A stretch of 64,000 bases of DNA from an uncultured Nitrospiraceae bacterium (GCA_963727775.1 CAVSHB010000001.1:416001-480000); one strand, 5' to 3'. Counted from the first letter of the stretch, positions 41,251 to 55,606 are shown. The notes: a model not told the origin generated them from the letters alone. A program made the numbers and translations.

Positions 41251-42810
41251 ATGAAATGTTACAATAATTTCATGTTCAATAAATCATGTAGTAATCTACT
41301 TGTAAGAGGGGTTAACTGGATTGGTGACAGTGTAATGACACTCCCTGCGTTAAGGGCGCTGAGGAAAGGATTGCCCGGAACAAAAATCTCTCTCTTGGTA
41401 AAACAGTGGGTGTATCCTGTTTTTGAAAATAGTCCGCATATCGATGAACTCATTATTTACAATGAAAAGCATAAAGGCATAATCGGCAAAATAAGACTTT
41501 CAAGGCTGCTGCATCAAAAAAAATTCTGCAGCGCAATTTTGCTGCAAAATGCATTTGACGCAGCCCTGCTTGCGTTCTTTGCCGGCATAAAAGAAAGGAT
41601 CGGGTATGACAGGGACGGCAGGGGTTTTCTTTTGACATCTGCGGTCCCCGTGCCGCAGTACGAAAAAAAAACGCATCAAATTCATTACTATTTAAACCTT
41701 CTCGATCAGATAGGGATTAAAACAGACTATTCGTTGCCTTACATATATCTCACTTTAGATGAGCGAATGAATGCGAGAAAGTTGCTGAAGGACATGAAAC
41801 GGCCGATCCTGGGCATTAACCCCGGCGCGACATACGGTTCGGCAAAGAGATGGTTCCCCGATAGGTTTGCAGAGGTCGCAAACTGGTTTATAAAAGACAC
41901 CCACGGAAGTGTTGTAATATTCGGTGGGAAGAACGAGACGGATATAGCTCAGGAAATAGATAAATACATACTTCAGGACAAACTCTTGCTCGCGGGCAAT
42001 ACGTCACTCAGGGAGCTTATCTCCCTCATCTCAGAATGCGATGCCTTTATTACCAACGATTCAGGTCCCCTGCATATTGCGTATGCGGTGAGGACACCTC
42101 TGGTAGCAATCTTCGGCTCCACTGACCACGTGCTTACAGGCCCTCCCCACGGAACAGACGGAGATGGAAATGTAGTGGTGACTTCAAACCTTTCCTGCAG
42201 TCCCTGTTTTGAACGCACCTGCCAAAGCGAAGATATGATGTGCATGCATGCGATAACATCAGACGATGTTTATTTAGGGATAAAGAAGATACTGCCTGAT
42301 AAGCCTGCTGTGTTTTTTGACCGGGACGGGACGTTGTGCAAAGATAAAGGCTATATAAACGACATGAATGACTTGCAGATTTTTACGGGGGTTGATAGCA
42401 TTGATCTTCTTAAAAAAGCAGGGTTCAAGCTTATCGGTATTACCAACCAATCCGGCATTGCAAGGGGCATTGTTGATGAAAGTTTTGTAACAAAGGTGAA
42501 CGCTCTGTTTATAAAGGAGTACGGGTTTGATGATTTTTATTACTGTCCCCATCACCCCGATGACCGCTGCTCATGCAGAAAACCTGAGCCGGAGTTGCTT
42601 CTCAGGGCGAGGATGAAGCACAAGATCGACCTGAAGAGATCATATATAGTGGGAGATAAGGAAGCGGATATGCTGCTCGCAAAGATGGTCGGCGCAACAG
42701 GGATCCTTGTATTGACGGGAGAGGCTAAAGAATCCGGGCATGCCGCTTTTATAGCAAAAGAACTCAGGGATGCGGTAAACATCATAATCAGGCACAGTAA
42801 ATCAAAGTGA
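41251..42810 (+). CDS. waaF: Heptosyltransferase II (GT9) fused to GmhB heptose-bisphosphate phosphatase
   Basis: NWIGD, NPGATYGSAKRW, NDSGPLH; then FFDRDGT, TNQSG, CPH..CSCRKP, VGDK. Confidence 0.92.
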   Translation: MKCYNNFMFNKSCSNLLVRGVNWIGDSVMTLPALRALRKGLPGTKISLLVKQWVYPVFENSPHIDELIIYNEKHKGIIGKIRLSRLLHQKKFCSAILLQNAFDAALLAFFAGIKERIGYDRDGRGFLLTSAVPVPQYEKKTHQIHYYLNLLDQIGIKTDYSLPYIYLTLDERMNARKLLKDMKRPILGINPGATYGSAKRWFPDRFAEVANWFIKDTHGSVVIFGGKNETDIAQEIDKYILQDKLLLAGNTSLRELISLISECDAFITNDSGPLHIAYAVRTPLVAIFGSTDHVLTGPPHGTDGDGNVVVTSNLSCSPCFERTCQSEDMMCMHAITSDDVYLGIKKILPDKPAVFFDRDGTLCKDKGYINDMNDLQIFTGVDSIDLLKKAGFKLIGITNQSGIARGIVDESFVTKVNALFIKEYGFDDFYYCPHHPDDRCSCRKPEPELLLRARMKHKIDLKRSYIVGDKEADMLLAKMVGATGILVLTGEAKESGHAAFIAKELRDAVNIIIRHSKSK

Positions 42811-43826
42811 AACACATCACCCCCTCTGCAAACATACAAAAGATTCTTATTGTCAAACCGAGTTCTTTGGGCGACATTGTCCATAGCCTGCCTTTTCTGA
42901 ATGCAATAAAGACTGAATTTCGAAATGCCCGGATACACTGGGTTATCGCGAAGGGTTTCAAAGGACTACTTGAAGGCCATCCGATGATCGATAAACTCTG
43001 GCCCATAAATAAGGATGAATGGAAGAAAATTAAAGGTGTGAAGGGCACGATAAACGAGCTCAAGAATCTGTTTGGAAGTTTGAAAAAGGAAAAATTTGAC
43101 TTAGTCATTGACCTGCAGGGGCTCCTGAGAAGCGGCATCATTACGGCGGCCACTTGTGCGCCTGTAAGGATCGGCTTTAAAGAAGCAAGAGAGGGAAGCC
43201 GGCTTTTTTATACGCACAGGGTTGAAGGCGGGAAGAATATTCATGCTGTTGACAGATATTTGAAAATAGCCGCTTTTCTGGGATGTGATATAACAGATGT
43301 TGTTTTCCCTTTGCCGATTCCCAATTATCCCTCGGCCCACGGGCAGGTTTCCGACTTCAAAGATTATGCGGTCATGGTCCCCGGCGCGAGATGGGAGACA
43401 AAAAGATGGCCTCCGGGGAGTTTCGGGAGACTCGCTTCGCTCTTGCCTTTGAATACGGTCATAATAGGAAGCGGCAGTGATGAAGGCATAGCAGATGAAA
43501 TTGTTTCTTTGTCGGACGGCAAAGCGCTCTCTCTGGCAGGGAAGACAAGCCTGAAGGACCTGACAGAAATAATAAGAGGAGCAAGGTATATCGTAAGCAA
43601 TGACTCCGGCCCGATGCATATTGCCGCGGCCCTCGGTGTCCGCGTCTTTACCGTCTTCGGGCCGACGGACCCATTAAGAACAGGTCCCTACGGAAAAGGA
43701 CACAGCATAATTAAAGCAAATATCTCATGCGCGCCGTGTTTCAAAAAGGCATGCGATGACGTAAAATGTATGAATAGTATATCTGCGGAAAAGGTTTACG
43801 AACTGATTAAGATCAGCCTTGTTTAG
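42807..43826 (+). CDS. Lipopolysaccharide heptosyltransferase (GT9, WaaC-like)
   Basis: [30 protein letters not shown]. Confidence 0.88.
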   Translation: MKHITPSANIQKILIVKPSSLGDIVHSLPFLNAIKTEFRNARIHWVIAKGFKGLLEGHPMIDKLWPINKDEWKKIKGVKGTINELKNLFGSLKKEKFDLVIDLQGLLRSGIITAATCAPVRIGFKEAREGSRLFYTHRVEGGKNIHAVDRYLKIAAFLGCDITDVVFPLPIPNYPSAHGQVSDFKDYAVMVPGARWETKRWPPGSFGRLASLLPLNTVIIGSGSDEGIADEIVSLSDGKALSLAGKTSLKDLTEIIRGARYIVSNDSGPMHIAAALGVRVFTVFGPTDPLRTGPYGKGHSIIKANISCAPCFKKACDDVKCMNSISAEKVYELIKISLV

Positions 43827-44301
43827 TGCCTTCGCGGGCTATCGCTATCTTTCCGGTTCTTACAAATTCCTTAATACCCATGGGCTTAAGAAGCTCTATA
43901 ATCGCTTCTATTTTCTTTTCATCGCCTGTAATTTCTATGGTGTACGTCCTCTGGCTTGAATCCACAATCCTTCCCCTGAATATCTCAGCGAGCCTGAGGA
44001 CCTCTGCCTTGTCTTCGTGTTTGGGCGCCACCTTTATCAGGACCATCTCTCTCTCGACATGATCAAGCTCTGTCATGTCGACTACTTTTATAATGTCGAT
44101 GAGTTTGTTCAGCTGCTTTGTAATTTGCTCTATTATCTGGTCATCCCCGGTCGTAACGATGGTCATGACCGACATCTGAGGGTCTATGGTTTCTCCCACA
44201 GAGAGGCTCTCTATGTTGTATCCCCTTCCGCTGAAGAGGCTGGCAACCCTTGAAAGCACCCCGAATTTGTTTTCAACCAGAAGTGAGATTGTATGACGCA
44301 T
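43813..44301 (-). CDS. ilvN: Acetolactate synthase small subunit
   Basis: [27 protein letters not shown]. Confidence 0.96.
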   Translation of the reverse strand: MRHTISLLVENKFGVLSRVASLFSGRGYNIESLSVGETIDPQMSVMTIVTTGDDQIIEQITKQLNKLIDIIKVVDMTELDHVEREMVLIKVAPKHEDKAEVLRLAEIFRGRIVDSSQRTYTIEITGDEKKIEAIIELLKPMGIKEFVRTGKIAIAREGTKQG

Positions 44302-46035
44302 TTATTTCACCGCCTTCAACTTCTTTTCAGACTTATCTTTCTGTTCATCAAACAACATGTGATCTATCGGCGCGCCTGCGGGGACCATCGGGAAAACTTT
44401 CTCTTTCCAGTCAACAACAAAGTCCATAAAAACGGTCTTTTTTATTTTGAAAGCCTCCTTTAATACAGGCTCGACCTCACTCGGTTTTGTGGCCCTTAAC
44501 CCGACCGCGCCATATGCCTCTGCAATCTTGACGAAATCCGGGACACTCTCATCGAGCTTTGTATGAGAGTATCTCTCACTGAAGAACAGTTCCTGCCACT
44601 GCCTTACCATGCCCAGGTATCTGTTGTTCAGTATGGCCACCTTTACCGGCAGCTTATTGATGACCGCTGTCGCAAGCTCCTGGATATTCATCTGAATACT
44701 TCCATCACCTGCTATGTCGATCACAAGCTTATTAGGATGCGCAAGTTGAGCGCCGATCGCAGCAGGAAAGCCGTAACCCATTGTGCCGAGTCCTCCTGAG
44801 GTCAATAACATCCTGGGTTTATCGAACTTGTAGAACTGTGCAGTCCACATCTGATTTTGTCCGACTTCGGTTGAGATGATAGCGTCCCCTTTTGTCAGTT
44901 CATAAATCTTCTCAACGACAAACTGTGGCTTTATTATTTCATCGCTGGGGAAATATGTCATCGGTCTTTCTTTTTTCCATGTGTCTATCTGCTTCAACCA
45001 TGCCTTGCGGACCTCTTCCCACTGCTCTTTGACATCTTCCTTCAGGACTTTATTTAATACTGCAAGAACTCTCTTTACATCCCCCACTATCGGCGTATCT
45101 ACACGGACATTTTTCCTTATCGAAGTCGGATCGATGTCAATCTGGATAATCTTTGCCTGGGGCGCAAAGGCCTCGATTTTGCCCGTTACCCTGTCATCAA
45201 ACCGCATGCCTATTGCAATCAGCAGGTCGGATTCCTGTATGGCCTTGTTTGCATAGTAAGTGCCGTGCATCCCGGGCATGCCGAGAGAAAGCTTATGTGT
45301 TCCGGGGAAAGCCCCGAGTCCCATCAAAGTCATAGTCACGGGAATATCTGAAAACTCCGCAAGTTCTTTGAGTTCCCTGGCCCCACCGGAAAGTATCACC
45401 CCGCCGCCTGCGATAATGACCGCCCTTTTTGATTTTGAGATCAGATTGGCTGCCTGTGTTATCATCCACTTATTGCCTTCATATGTGGGGTTATAGCTTC
45501 TTATTTTTACCTCAGGCCATTCAAATTCAGCTTTTGCCGACGTCACATCTTTTGGAAGGTCGATAAGCACAGGACCCGGACGGCCGGACGATGCGATAAA
45601 AAACGCCTCTCTTACAATCTTTGACAGGTCTTTTACATCCTTTGCCAGAAAATTGTATTTGGTGCACGGCCTTGAAATGCCCACGATGTCGGCTTCCTGA
45701 AATGCGTCATTGCCTATCAGCATAGTCGGCACCTGCCCGGAAAATACGACGATCGGTATCGAATCCATAGCCGCGGTAGCAATCCCCGTAACGGTATTTG
45801 TAGCTCCGGGACCTGAAGTCACCAGCACGACCCCGGGTTTCCCTGTAGACCTCGCATAACCGTCTGCCGCATGAACGGCGCCCTGCTCATGCCTTGTGAG
45901 GATCAGCTGTATGTCCTTATCGTCATAAAGCAGATCAAAGATATTGAGGACAACACCCCCGGGATATCCGAAAATATGTTTTACCCCTTCCCTTTTCAAA
46001 CTTTCGATGAATATTTCGGCTCCCGACATTTTCAT
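44302..46035 (-). CDS. ilvB: Acetolactate synthase large subunit
   Basis: [31 protein letters not shown]. Confidence 0.97.
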   Translation of the reverse strand: MKMSGAEIFIESLKREGVKHIFGYPGGVVLNIFDLLYDDKDIQLILTRHEQGAVHAADGYARSTGKPGVVLVTSGPGATNTVTGIATAAMDSIPIVVFSGQVPTMLIGNDAFQEADIVGISRPCTKYNFLAKDVKDLSKIVREAFFIASSGRPGPVLIDLPKDVTSAKAEFEWPEVKIRSYNPTYEGNKWMITQAANLISKSKRAVIIAGGGVILSGGARELKELAEFSDIPVTMTLMGLGAFPGTHKLSLGMPGMHGTYYANKAIQESDLLIAIGMRFDDRVTGKIEAFAPQAKIIQIDIDPTSIRKNVRVDTPIVGDVKRVLAVLNKVLKEDVKEQWEEVRKAWLKQIDTWKKERPMTYFPSDEIIKPQFVVEKIYELTKGDAIISTEVGQNQMWTAQFYKFDKPRMLLTSGGLGTMGYGFPAAIGAQLAHPNKLVIDIAGDGSIQMNIQELATAVINKLPVKVAILNNRYLGMVRQWQELFFSERYSHTKLDESVPDFVKIAEAYGAVGLRATKPSEVEPVLKEAFKIKKTVFMDFVVDWKEKVFPMVPAGAPIDHMLFDEQKDKSEKKLKAVK

Positions 46036-46465
46036 AAGCTCTTATTACCTCGTTAAAAAATTATATAATTTTACCACAAAACGGAACGAAGATGTAAAAT
46101 CAAAAGAGATAAAATTTATTATCATATCTGATACCTTGTAATCATCGGTTCACTGCGTTCTCAGCAGGTTTTTTTACTTGCTGCAGATAGGCGCCTATTT
46201 ATATCGTAACCCCAGTTGGGTTTGATATTTAACCTTCATAATGTTTTCATGTTTCCTTCGCAATTTCTTCATTTTTTTCTATATTCTAAAAATAAGAAAA
46301 AAACCTTCATTCTTTTTAGCAGCCGGTACTCTCCTACTGGCTGCTCACCTCCAAATAAGCCTAACCCTTCTGCATTTGTTGGAATGGGACTTGGTTTCGT
46401 GTATCATAAATAATGTAATAGGGTCGTCATTAATAAGGACAAATGCGTAGGGAAGGGGAATAAAT

Positions 46466-48130
46466 ATGGAACGCGAAGTTATAGAATTCGAGGTTATCTT
46501 TGTCGGCGGCGGGCCTGCCAATTTAAGCAGTGCAATTCATCTGACGAATCTCGTCCGAAAATATAATGAAGATATCGAAAACGGGGAACAGCAAGGCGAG
46601 AAAATCGATATCGAAGACAAAATTGCCGTTCTCGAAAAAGGCGCGTATTTCGGCGCGCATAACATTTCCGGGGCGGTGCTCATCCCTGATGTGCTTTCGG
46701 AACTATTGCCTGACCATAAGCAGCTTGGCTGCCCCATTGACGCAGAGGTGAACAAGGAATCGATTTACTTTTTGACCAAAAGGGGGCAAGTCAAGGTCCC
46801 TTTCACTCCGTCGTTCTTGAATAATCACGGCAATTATTTCCTTTCGCTCTCCAAATTTGTCGGTTGGCTTTCTAAGATAGCTGAACAGAACAAGGTGATG
46901 ATGCTTGAGGGAACCGCGGCAGTTGAAATTCTCTATGAGGGCGACAAAGTGATCGGTGTCCGAACGGACGACAAACGTCTTCAGGAGGATGGAGAATACG
47001 AGACCCCCGGTTATATCCTAAACTCAAAGGCTGTTGTGCTGGGAGAGGGGAGCAACGGTACTTTGCGCAAAAGCATCGTTGAAAAACTGCATCTTGATAA
47101 AGGCAGGGCACCTTCCATCTATGAACTCGGCGTGAAAGAGATATATGAACTGCAAAATAATCCTCTCCAAAAGGGCGAATGCATCCATACACTCGGGTAT
47201 CCTTTTCGGAAAGGGCTTTCCGGGGGCGGGTTTATATATTGTATTTCCGAAACCAGGGTTATCCTCGGGCTTATCGCTCAACTCAGTTCCGAAGACCCGC
47301 AGTTCGATCCGCACAAGGAACTTCAGAAATACAAACAGCATCCATTGATTTATGAGATCGTCAAAGACGGAAAGCCCACGCATTACGGCGCCCGGACTTT
47401 GCCCTGCGGCAGCTATTTTTCGATACCTAAGCTTACCTATGACGGAGTTATGATAACCGGCGACTCCGCGAACCTTGTCGATTCCCAGAAGCTAAAAGGA
47501 CTGCATACAGCCATAAAATCGGGAATGCTTGCGGCCGAAGTTCTCTTTGAAGCCTTCAAGATTAATGATTTCTCGGCAAACCAATTGGCAAAATATGAAG
47601 AGAAATTGAAAAACAGCTGGATATACTCCGATCTCAGGAAGGGCCGCAATTTCACTCCTGTAGTTGCCATGGGAGTTCCTTTTCCGGGCGGGCCGCTCCT
47701 CGGGTTCCAGATTCTTGCCGGCGGTGCAACACCGATAGGTGATCTGAAAACAAAACCCGATTACTCGACAACCGAAGATATGCAACATTTTTACGGCAGT
47801 AAATCACCCGAAGCATTGCTGAAGGCGGATGACAGAATTATTGTCGACAAGTTGACGGATGTTTATTTCTCCGGCACAGCACATGACGAAAAACAGAAAA
47901 GCCATATCCGGGTGATAGATGCAGCTGTATGCAAGAAATGTATTTCAGATTATAAAGCGCCCTGTACGGTGTTCTGCCCTGCCGCCGTCTATGAACTGGA
48001 AGATGATAAAATAAGAGTGAACTTCAGTAATTGCATGCACTGTAAAACCTGTGATTTGAAATGTCCTTTTCAGAATATTGTCTGGAACCTGCCGGAGGGT
48101 GGGGGTGGTCCGCGCTACAGCCTGCAGTAA
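46466..48130 (+). CDS. Electron transfer flavoprotein-quinone oxidoreductase
   Basis: VGGGPA FAD motif, SGA, LGVKE, KGLH.AIKSG, C-terminal CPAAVYE..NCMHCKTCD ferredoxin-like domain. Confidence 0.92.
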   Translation: MEREVIEFEVIFVGGGPANLSSAIHLTNLVRKYNEDIENGEQQGEKIDIEDKIAVLEKGAYFGAHNISGAVLIPDVLSELLPDHKQLGCPIDAEVNKESIYFLTKRGQVKVPFTPSFLNNHGNYFLSLSKFVGWLSKIAEQNKVMMLEGTAAVEILYEGDKVIGVRTDDKRLQEDGEYETPGYILNSKAVVLGEGSNGTLRKSIVEKLHLDKGRAPSIYELGVKEIYELQNNPLQKGECIHTLGYPFRKGLSGGGFIYCISETRVILGLIAQLSSEDPQFDPHKELQKYKQHPLIYEIVKDGKPTHYGARTLPCGSYFSIPKLTYDGVMITGDSANLVDSQKLKGLHTAIKSGMLAAEVLFEAFKINDFSANQLAKYEEKLKNSWIYSDLRKGRNFTPVVAMGVPFPGGPLLGFQILAGGATPIGDLKTKPDYSTTEDMQHFYGSKSPEALLKADDRIIVDKLTDVYFSGTAHDEKQKSHIRVIDAAVCKKCISDYKAPCTVFCPAAVYELEDDKIRVNFSNCMHCKTCDLKCPFQNIVWNLPEGGGGPRYSLQ

Positions 48131-48156
48131 GAGCACGCGTGAGTAATGTCTGTAAA

Positions 48157-48183
48157 CTGGATTCCCGCCTGCGCGGGTATGAC
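48157..48183 (+). repeat. Short REP/dRS3-like palindrome
   Basis: CTGGATTCCC-GCCTGCGC-GGGTATGAC, i.e. ATTCCC-N8-GGGAAT with one mismatch; partial second copy GATTCCCGCC near 48225. Confidence 0.5.
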
Positions 48184-48244
48184 GTTCAAAGAACCAAAAA
48201 ATGAGGGAACTCCTGTCGACTTATGATTCCCGCCTTAGTAACAT

Positions 48245-50101
48245 GTGCTAAAATATTTACCGATGATTTCTGAACACCAGAATAAAGAACGGGAAACGCT
48301 CGAAACACTTAAGACCGTCTTCGGTTTTCAGAGTTTTCGTCCGAACCAGGAATTTATTATTCAAAGTGTCCTGGACAGACAGGATGTCTTTGCGGTAATG
48401 CCTACAGGCGGGGGAAAATCCCTCTGCTATCAGCTGCCGGCCAAGATGATGCAGGGCACGGCCGTTGTTATCAGCCCGCTGATTTCGCTGATGAAAGACC
48501 AGGTTGATGCCGCCCTGGAAAACGGCATATCGGCGGCTTTCATGAACAGCTCCCTTAACGCGCAGGAAATTGCCGATATATACCGCATGTTGAAATACAA
48601 CAAGATAAAACTGCTTTATATCGCGCCCGAGCGCTTTGCAATGTCGCATTTTCTTGAAACCCTGAAGACCGTTTCCATTTCACTCTTTGCCATAGATGAA
48701 GCCCACTGCGTTTCAGAATGGGGACATGATTTCAGGCCTGATTATCTAAGCCTTTCTGTTATTCCGAAGATATTCCCCGATGTTCCTATCGCGGCTTTTA
48801 CTGCAACAGCTACCCGCAGGGTCCAGGAAGATATCATCGGCAAGATCGGCCTGAGATCACCACAGATAGTCCGCGCTTCCTTTGACCGTCCGAACCTTTT
48901 TTATGAGGTAAAAAGAAAAGAGAAGACAGATTTGCAGATACTCGAATTTTTAGGCGGACATTCGGGAGAGCCGGGCATCATCTATCGTGCTACCCGTGAT
49001 TCCGTCATGGGCACGGCCGATTTCCTGGTATCGAAAGGAATTAAGGCGTTGCCCTACCACGCTGGTTTGACTGCGGATGAGCGGAACAATAATCAGGAAG
49101 CCTTCAACAAAGATGAGGCATCGGTGATCGTGGCGACTATTGCCTTCGGTATGGGAATCGATAAGTCCAATATACGCTTCATCATTCATGCGGACCTTCC
49201 GAAGAATATCGAAAGCTATTACCAGGAAACCGGACGTGCGGGACGCGACGGAGAGCCGGCCCATTGCATCCTTTTTTTCGGCAGGGGAGACATTCCGAAA
49301 ATCCGTTATTTCATAGACCAGATTACAGACGATCAGGAACGCTCTATCGCTATGGAGAAGTTGAACCAGACAGTAGGATTTGCTATACATAATGTATGCA
49401 GGCGCAGGCAGCTCTTAAGCTTCTTCGGAGAGGATTATCCTTCAGATAATTGCGGGGCCTGCGATATCTGCTCCGGCAGCGTCGAACAGATCGACATTAC
49501 AATGGATGCGCAGATAATAATGTCCGCCATGTCGAGGACACAGCAGAGGTTTGGGACAGGACATATTGTAGACATTGTGACAGGCGCTGATACCAAACGC
49601 GTCCGTGAGCTTCAGCACGACAAGATCAAGACTTACGGGGCCGGGAAGCAGAAAGACAAAAAGCACTGGCGGTTCATTGTAGACGAATTGCTCGCGCAGT
49701 GTCTTATCCGGCAGGACGGTGACCGGTATCCTGTCCTGAAGCTGACCCAGAAAGGTTCTGATGTGCTCTACGGCAATGATCAGGTTTCCGCATTGCAAAG
49801 AGAAGAGCCAAAGAAGAAACAGCCGATAAAGGGCAGTGAAGCGGACCGGTTCGATAAGGACCTTTTTGAGCGGCTTCGTACGTTGCGGAAAAATATGGCG
49901 GATGAGCAGCAGGTCCCACCCTATATTATTTTTTCGGATAAGACTTTGCATGAAATGTGCAGGCATTATCCGGTATCACTATCTGATATGATAAGAATCA
50001 GCGGTGTCGGGGATGTCAAGCTTGAACGGTATGGAATTTATTTTGTGCGGGAAATAGAAAAATATCTGAGTAAGGCCGGGCCACAACAACTGAAAGGGTA
50101 G
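48245..50101 (+). CDS. recQ: ATP-dependent DNA helicase RecQ
   Basis: MPTGGGKSLCYQ, DEAHC.SEWGHDFRP, QETGRAGRDG, RQC and HRDC regions. Confidence 0.97.
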   Translation: MLKYLPMISEHQNKERETLETLKTVFGFQSFRPNQEFIIQSVLDRQDVFAVMPTGGGKSLCYQLPAKMMQGTAVVISPLISLMKDQVDAALENGISAAFMNSSLNAQEIADIYRMLKYNKIKLLYIAPERFAMSHFLETLKTVSISLFAIDEAHCVSEWGHDFRPDYLSLSVIPKIFPDVPIAAFTATATRRVQEDIIGKIGLRSPQIVRASFDRPNLFYEVKRKEKTDLQILEFLGGHSGEPGIIYRATRDSVMGTADFLVSKGIKALPYHAGLTADERNNNQEAFNKDEASVIVATIAFGMGIDKSNIRFIIHADLPKNIESYYQETGRAGRDGEPAHCILFFGRGDIPKIRYFIDQITDDQERSIAMEKLNQTVGFAIHNVCRRRQLLSFFGEDYPSDNCGACDICSGSVEQIDITMDAQIIMSAMSRTQQRFGTGHIVDIVTGADTKRVRELQHDKIKTYGAGKQKDKKHWRFIVDELLAQCLIRQDGDRYPVLKLTQKGSDVLYGNDQVSALQREEPKKKQPIKGSEADRFDKDLFERLRTLRKNMADEQQVPPYIIFSDKTLHEMCRHYPVSLSDMIRISGVGDVKLERYGIYFVREIEKYLSKAGPQQLKG

Positions 50102-50105
50102 AGAC

Positions 50106-52639
<2,534 letters not shown>

Positions 52640-52921
52640 AGAATGCAAATTTTGTAAAACGACGGGTTTTGCGTACGAGGTTTTAGCTCTATATGCATTT
52701 GACTCCTCACAGAAGAAGAAACCCTCACGTTCATGGAATCTCGTGGCTCTGCATGTTACAAGCAGGAATACTCACAGCTAAATGCACAAAAGCAAGCCTG
52801 ACCCTGCAGCCGCTGAAGAACTATGATCTCTGGAGTTTTCCGATCTGCTCTTAAGGTTAATGTGTTTGCAGTTCTTTTCTCTCTTCAAATTAACTGCTGG
52901 CGACGAGCACAGACAAAGGAA

Positions 52922-54211
52922 TCAATGGTACAAGCTTCTCTTAAGTTTCTTGTTTTCATACATAGCCTTATCTGCTTTTGCCAGAAGTTCATCCACAGAA
53001 CACGGGGATTCAGGGTCGTAATAAGCAACACCAATGCTCATCGAAATCCTGTAGGCCAGACCTGTCTGTGAGTTATGCAGATCGATGTTTTTCTGCAATC
53101 GTGAAATGTTCATGTTGATATCGTCTCCGGCGGTTCCAATGGGAAAGACCACAAATTCATCTCCACCCATGCGGGCTATAATGTCGGAATTCCGGTAAGT
53201 CTCTCTCAAAATATCGGCGGCACTGACCAATATCTTGTCGCCTTCTTTATGGCCGAGTGTATCGTTGATATGCTTGAGACCGTCTATATCGGCATAGAGA
53301 AGGAAGAACTTCTGCCTGAGACGGTTTGACAGTTTGAGCTGATGTTCTGCCAATGCGACTAACCCTCTTCGGTTGTAAAGACCGGAAAGTTCGTCGGTAA
53401 GCGACAGGGTCCGCAATTCATCTTCCTTTTGTTTTCGCTGCTCGATTTCCTGTTTTGCGATTGAAAGTTCAATCTCAATTTCGGCTACCTTTTTCAAAAT
53501 GGCCAAAACCGGACGGTTTTCGATCGTAAGCCCCTTCTTATCGCTTTGCCAATGCAGATAGCCGTACAAAAAAGGCAGCGCAAAGACCGAGATGATCAAG
53601 CGACTGGCCAGAGTCCCCTGCATAATGCTGAGGTACGTGGACGTACCCACAAAGGCACCGGTTGCAAAAAGAATTACGTCCAGCCACATGACTCCCAGAA
53701 GAGTTAAAAAGGCACGAAGCCATAGCTGCATCTTCAGAAAAGGCTTACCCAGAAACTCCCATGCAATAGCTAAGAAAACAAGATCAAGCAAAGTTGCAAT
53801 CACTGAGGCAGTATTGATTCGCAGACTCGGCAGAGGCACATAATCCACTGAACTATTTCCTATAAAAGCAGCCTGAAGACGCAATGTCATTGCTATGAGT
53901 GGCACCATAATTGACACTCCTACAATAGTTGATATTGCAATTCGCGTGGCTCTTGGACCATCAAATACATAAACGACAAATACTCCCAACAGCAGGGAAG
54001 TATAAAAAACAGTCGACCCAACGACGAATGTAATTCCTGCCACTTGAATTTTCAATCCTGCATCGGTAACCCAGGACATTATGGCCGTAATCCCGCCGAT
54101 AAGTGCATAGAAATGAACAGGTCCGAAGCGGTGGCGCAGCGAGTGCGCCCAGAGGACCAGAAAGTAAATTACCATTGCCTCGACTATCAAAATAATAACT
54201 TCGGTACTCAT
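52922..54211 (-). CDS. Diguanylate cyclase with N-terminal YhhQ/VUT-like membrane domain
   Basis: DELSGLYNRRG, RNSD I-site, GGDEF; multi-TM N-terminus; start moved to ATG 54211 (GAGG upstream) because the ORF-track start lies inside element copy 4. Confidence 0.85.
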   Translation of the reverse strand: MSTEVIILIVEAMVIYFLVLWAHSLRHRFGPVHFYALIGGITAIMSWVTDAGLKIQVAGITFVVGSTVFYTSLLLGVFVVYVFDGPRATRIAISTIVGVSIMVPLIAMTLRLQAAFIGNSSVDYVPLPSLRINTASVIATLLDLVFLAIAWEFLGKPFLKMQLWLRAFLTLLGVMWLDVILFATGAFVGTSTYLSIMQGTLASRLIISVFALPFLYGYLHWQSDKKGLTIENRPVLAILKKVAEIEIELSIAKQEIEQRKQKEDELRTLSLTDELSGLYNRRGLVALAEHQLKLSNRLRQKFFLLYADIDGLKHINDTLGHKEGDKILVSAADILRETYRNSDIIARMGGDEFVVFPIGTAGDDINMNISRLQKNIDLHNSQTGLAYRISMSIGVAYYDPESPCSVDELLAKADKAMYENKKLKRSLYH

Positions 54212-54318
54212 TCGTTGTTGGTCCTCGTCAGGCTTGCCATACTTTTTCTCGCCAGTTAGCTGTACGAGACCTTTGTGATGTTTGTACACAAACCAGCCTA
54301 TAGGCTGATCTGATAAGA

Positions 54319-54460
54319 ATAAACTAAACCTCGCTTTGCTCGGCACGACACCACGGGGTATTAGACCCCGCGGGTCGGCAAGGGTCTGCGCTTCGCTCCG
54401 ACGCCCTGCACCCCGACGACGTAAGGTGCCCGCCGCAGAGACGGCGGGGTATGGAGATTA
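54319..54460 (-). mobile_element. 142-bp element, copy 4 (inverted)
   Basis: Exact reverse complement; follows TTGAT on the minus strand. Confidence 0.85.
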
Positions 54461-54679
54461 ATCAATTATAATTATAATCTATATCTGCAATATTCAAAAG
54501 TTTGTACTCGTTGAGACCTGAGACGATCCAGGCATGGTCATTGATTGACTTCTGATTCAAGAAGAATGCTTTTGAGGACCGTGGACCAAATGGGTAACTA
54601 TTGTCCCCAAAGAATGGCTTTTGTCTGACGGTATTCACAAGGCTCGGGTTGATATTCCTATGGAAAAATACTAAGCTTT

Positions 54680-55510
54680 TTGTATTATTGGAATATGCGA
54701 AAATATCATCATATCATAGGAGGGCGCTCAAAGGTGAGAAGAAGGAAGGGCGGAGTAAAGTGGCACCGGTTGTTTGTGGTTATCATAGTAGTAGCGATGG
54801 CAATGGTTATGGGAGTGCTGGCAAAGGTCGATGCAGCGCCTGACATCGAGATGGTCTTTGTGAAGGGCGGGTGTTTTCAGATGGGGGACACCTTTGGGGA
54901 TGGGGGTAATGACGAAAAGCCAGTGCATGAGGTCTGCATTAATGACTTTTACATCGGGAGGTACGTAGTGACGCAAGGGCAGTGGCAGTCGGTAATGGTG
55001 AATAATCCATCAAAGTTTAAGGGTGACAGAAGGCCGGTGGAGAATGTGAGTTGGGATGATACGCAGCAGTTCATAGCTAAGCTTAATTTACAGGCAGGCA
55101 GGAGGTATAGATTACCGACCGAGGCAGAGTGGGAGTATACTGCGCGAAGCGGCGGCAAGAGAGAGGAATGGCCGGGGACGAGCAACCTGCAGGATCTTGG
55201 GGATTATGCATGGTATAGCAATAATTTGGGGGAGACGCATCCTGTGGGTGAGAAGAAGCCCAACGGGTTGGGGATCTATGACATGAGCGGAAATGTATGG
55301 GAGTGGTGCCAGGACTGGTATAACTACGTGTATTACAAGGAGAGTCCCCGTGATAATCCACAAGGGCCCGGGAGCGATACATTTCGGGTGCTGCGCGGCG
55401 GCTCTTGGGGCAATAATCATTTAACCGTGCGCGCCTCGGATCGCTACGGTGACACGCCATGGCACCGTGACAGCAGCATCGGCTTTCGGGTGGTACTTCC
55501 TGCCCAGTAG
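54680..55510 (+). CDS. Exported FGE-sulfatase/CLec-fold protein, probable DGR target; true start probably further downstream
   Basis: F.MG, E.PVH.V, RLPTEAEWEY, YDMSGNVWEWC, RVLRGGSW...IGFR; hydrophobic N-terminal stretch. Confidence 0.88.
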   Translation: MYYWNMRKYHHIIGGRSKVRRRKGGVKWHRLFVVIIVVAMAMVMGVLAKVDAAPDIEMVFVKGGCFQMGDTFGDGGNDEKPVHEVCINDFYIGRYVVTQGQWQSVMVNNPSKFKGDRRPVENVSWDDTQQFIAKLNLQAGRRYRLPTEAEWEYTARSGGKREEWPGTSNLQDLGDYAWYSNNLGETHPVGEKKPNGLGIYDMSGNVWEWCQDWYNYVYYKESPRDNPQGPGSDTFRVLRGGSWGNNHLTVRASDRYGDTPWHRDSSIGFRVVLPAQ

Positions 55511-55606
55511 TTATTTTCTGAGTTCTGAAATTCTATTTTCTGGATTTCAGGGGTACAGGGGCGGTGCTCTGTCAGACGCAAATTTTTGAAAAACGGGAAC
55601 TGGCTT

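Noticed and set aside
54212..54346. ORF-track N-terminal extension of the GGDEF gene
   Set aside because: It starts inside element copy 4; ATG 54211 has an SD and begins the first TM helix.
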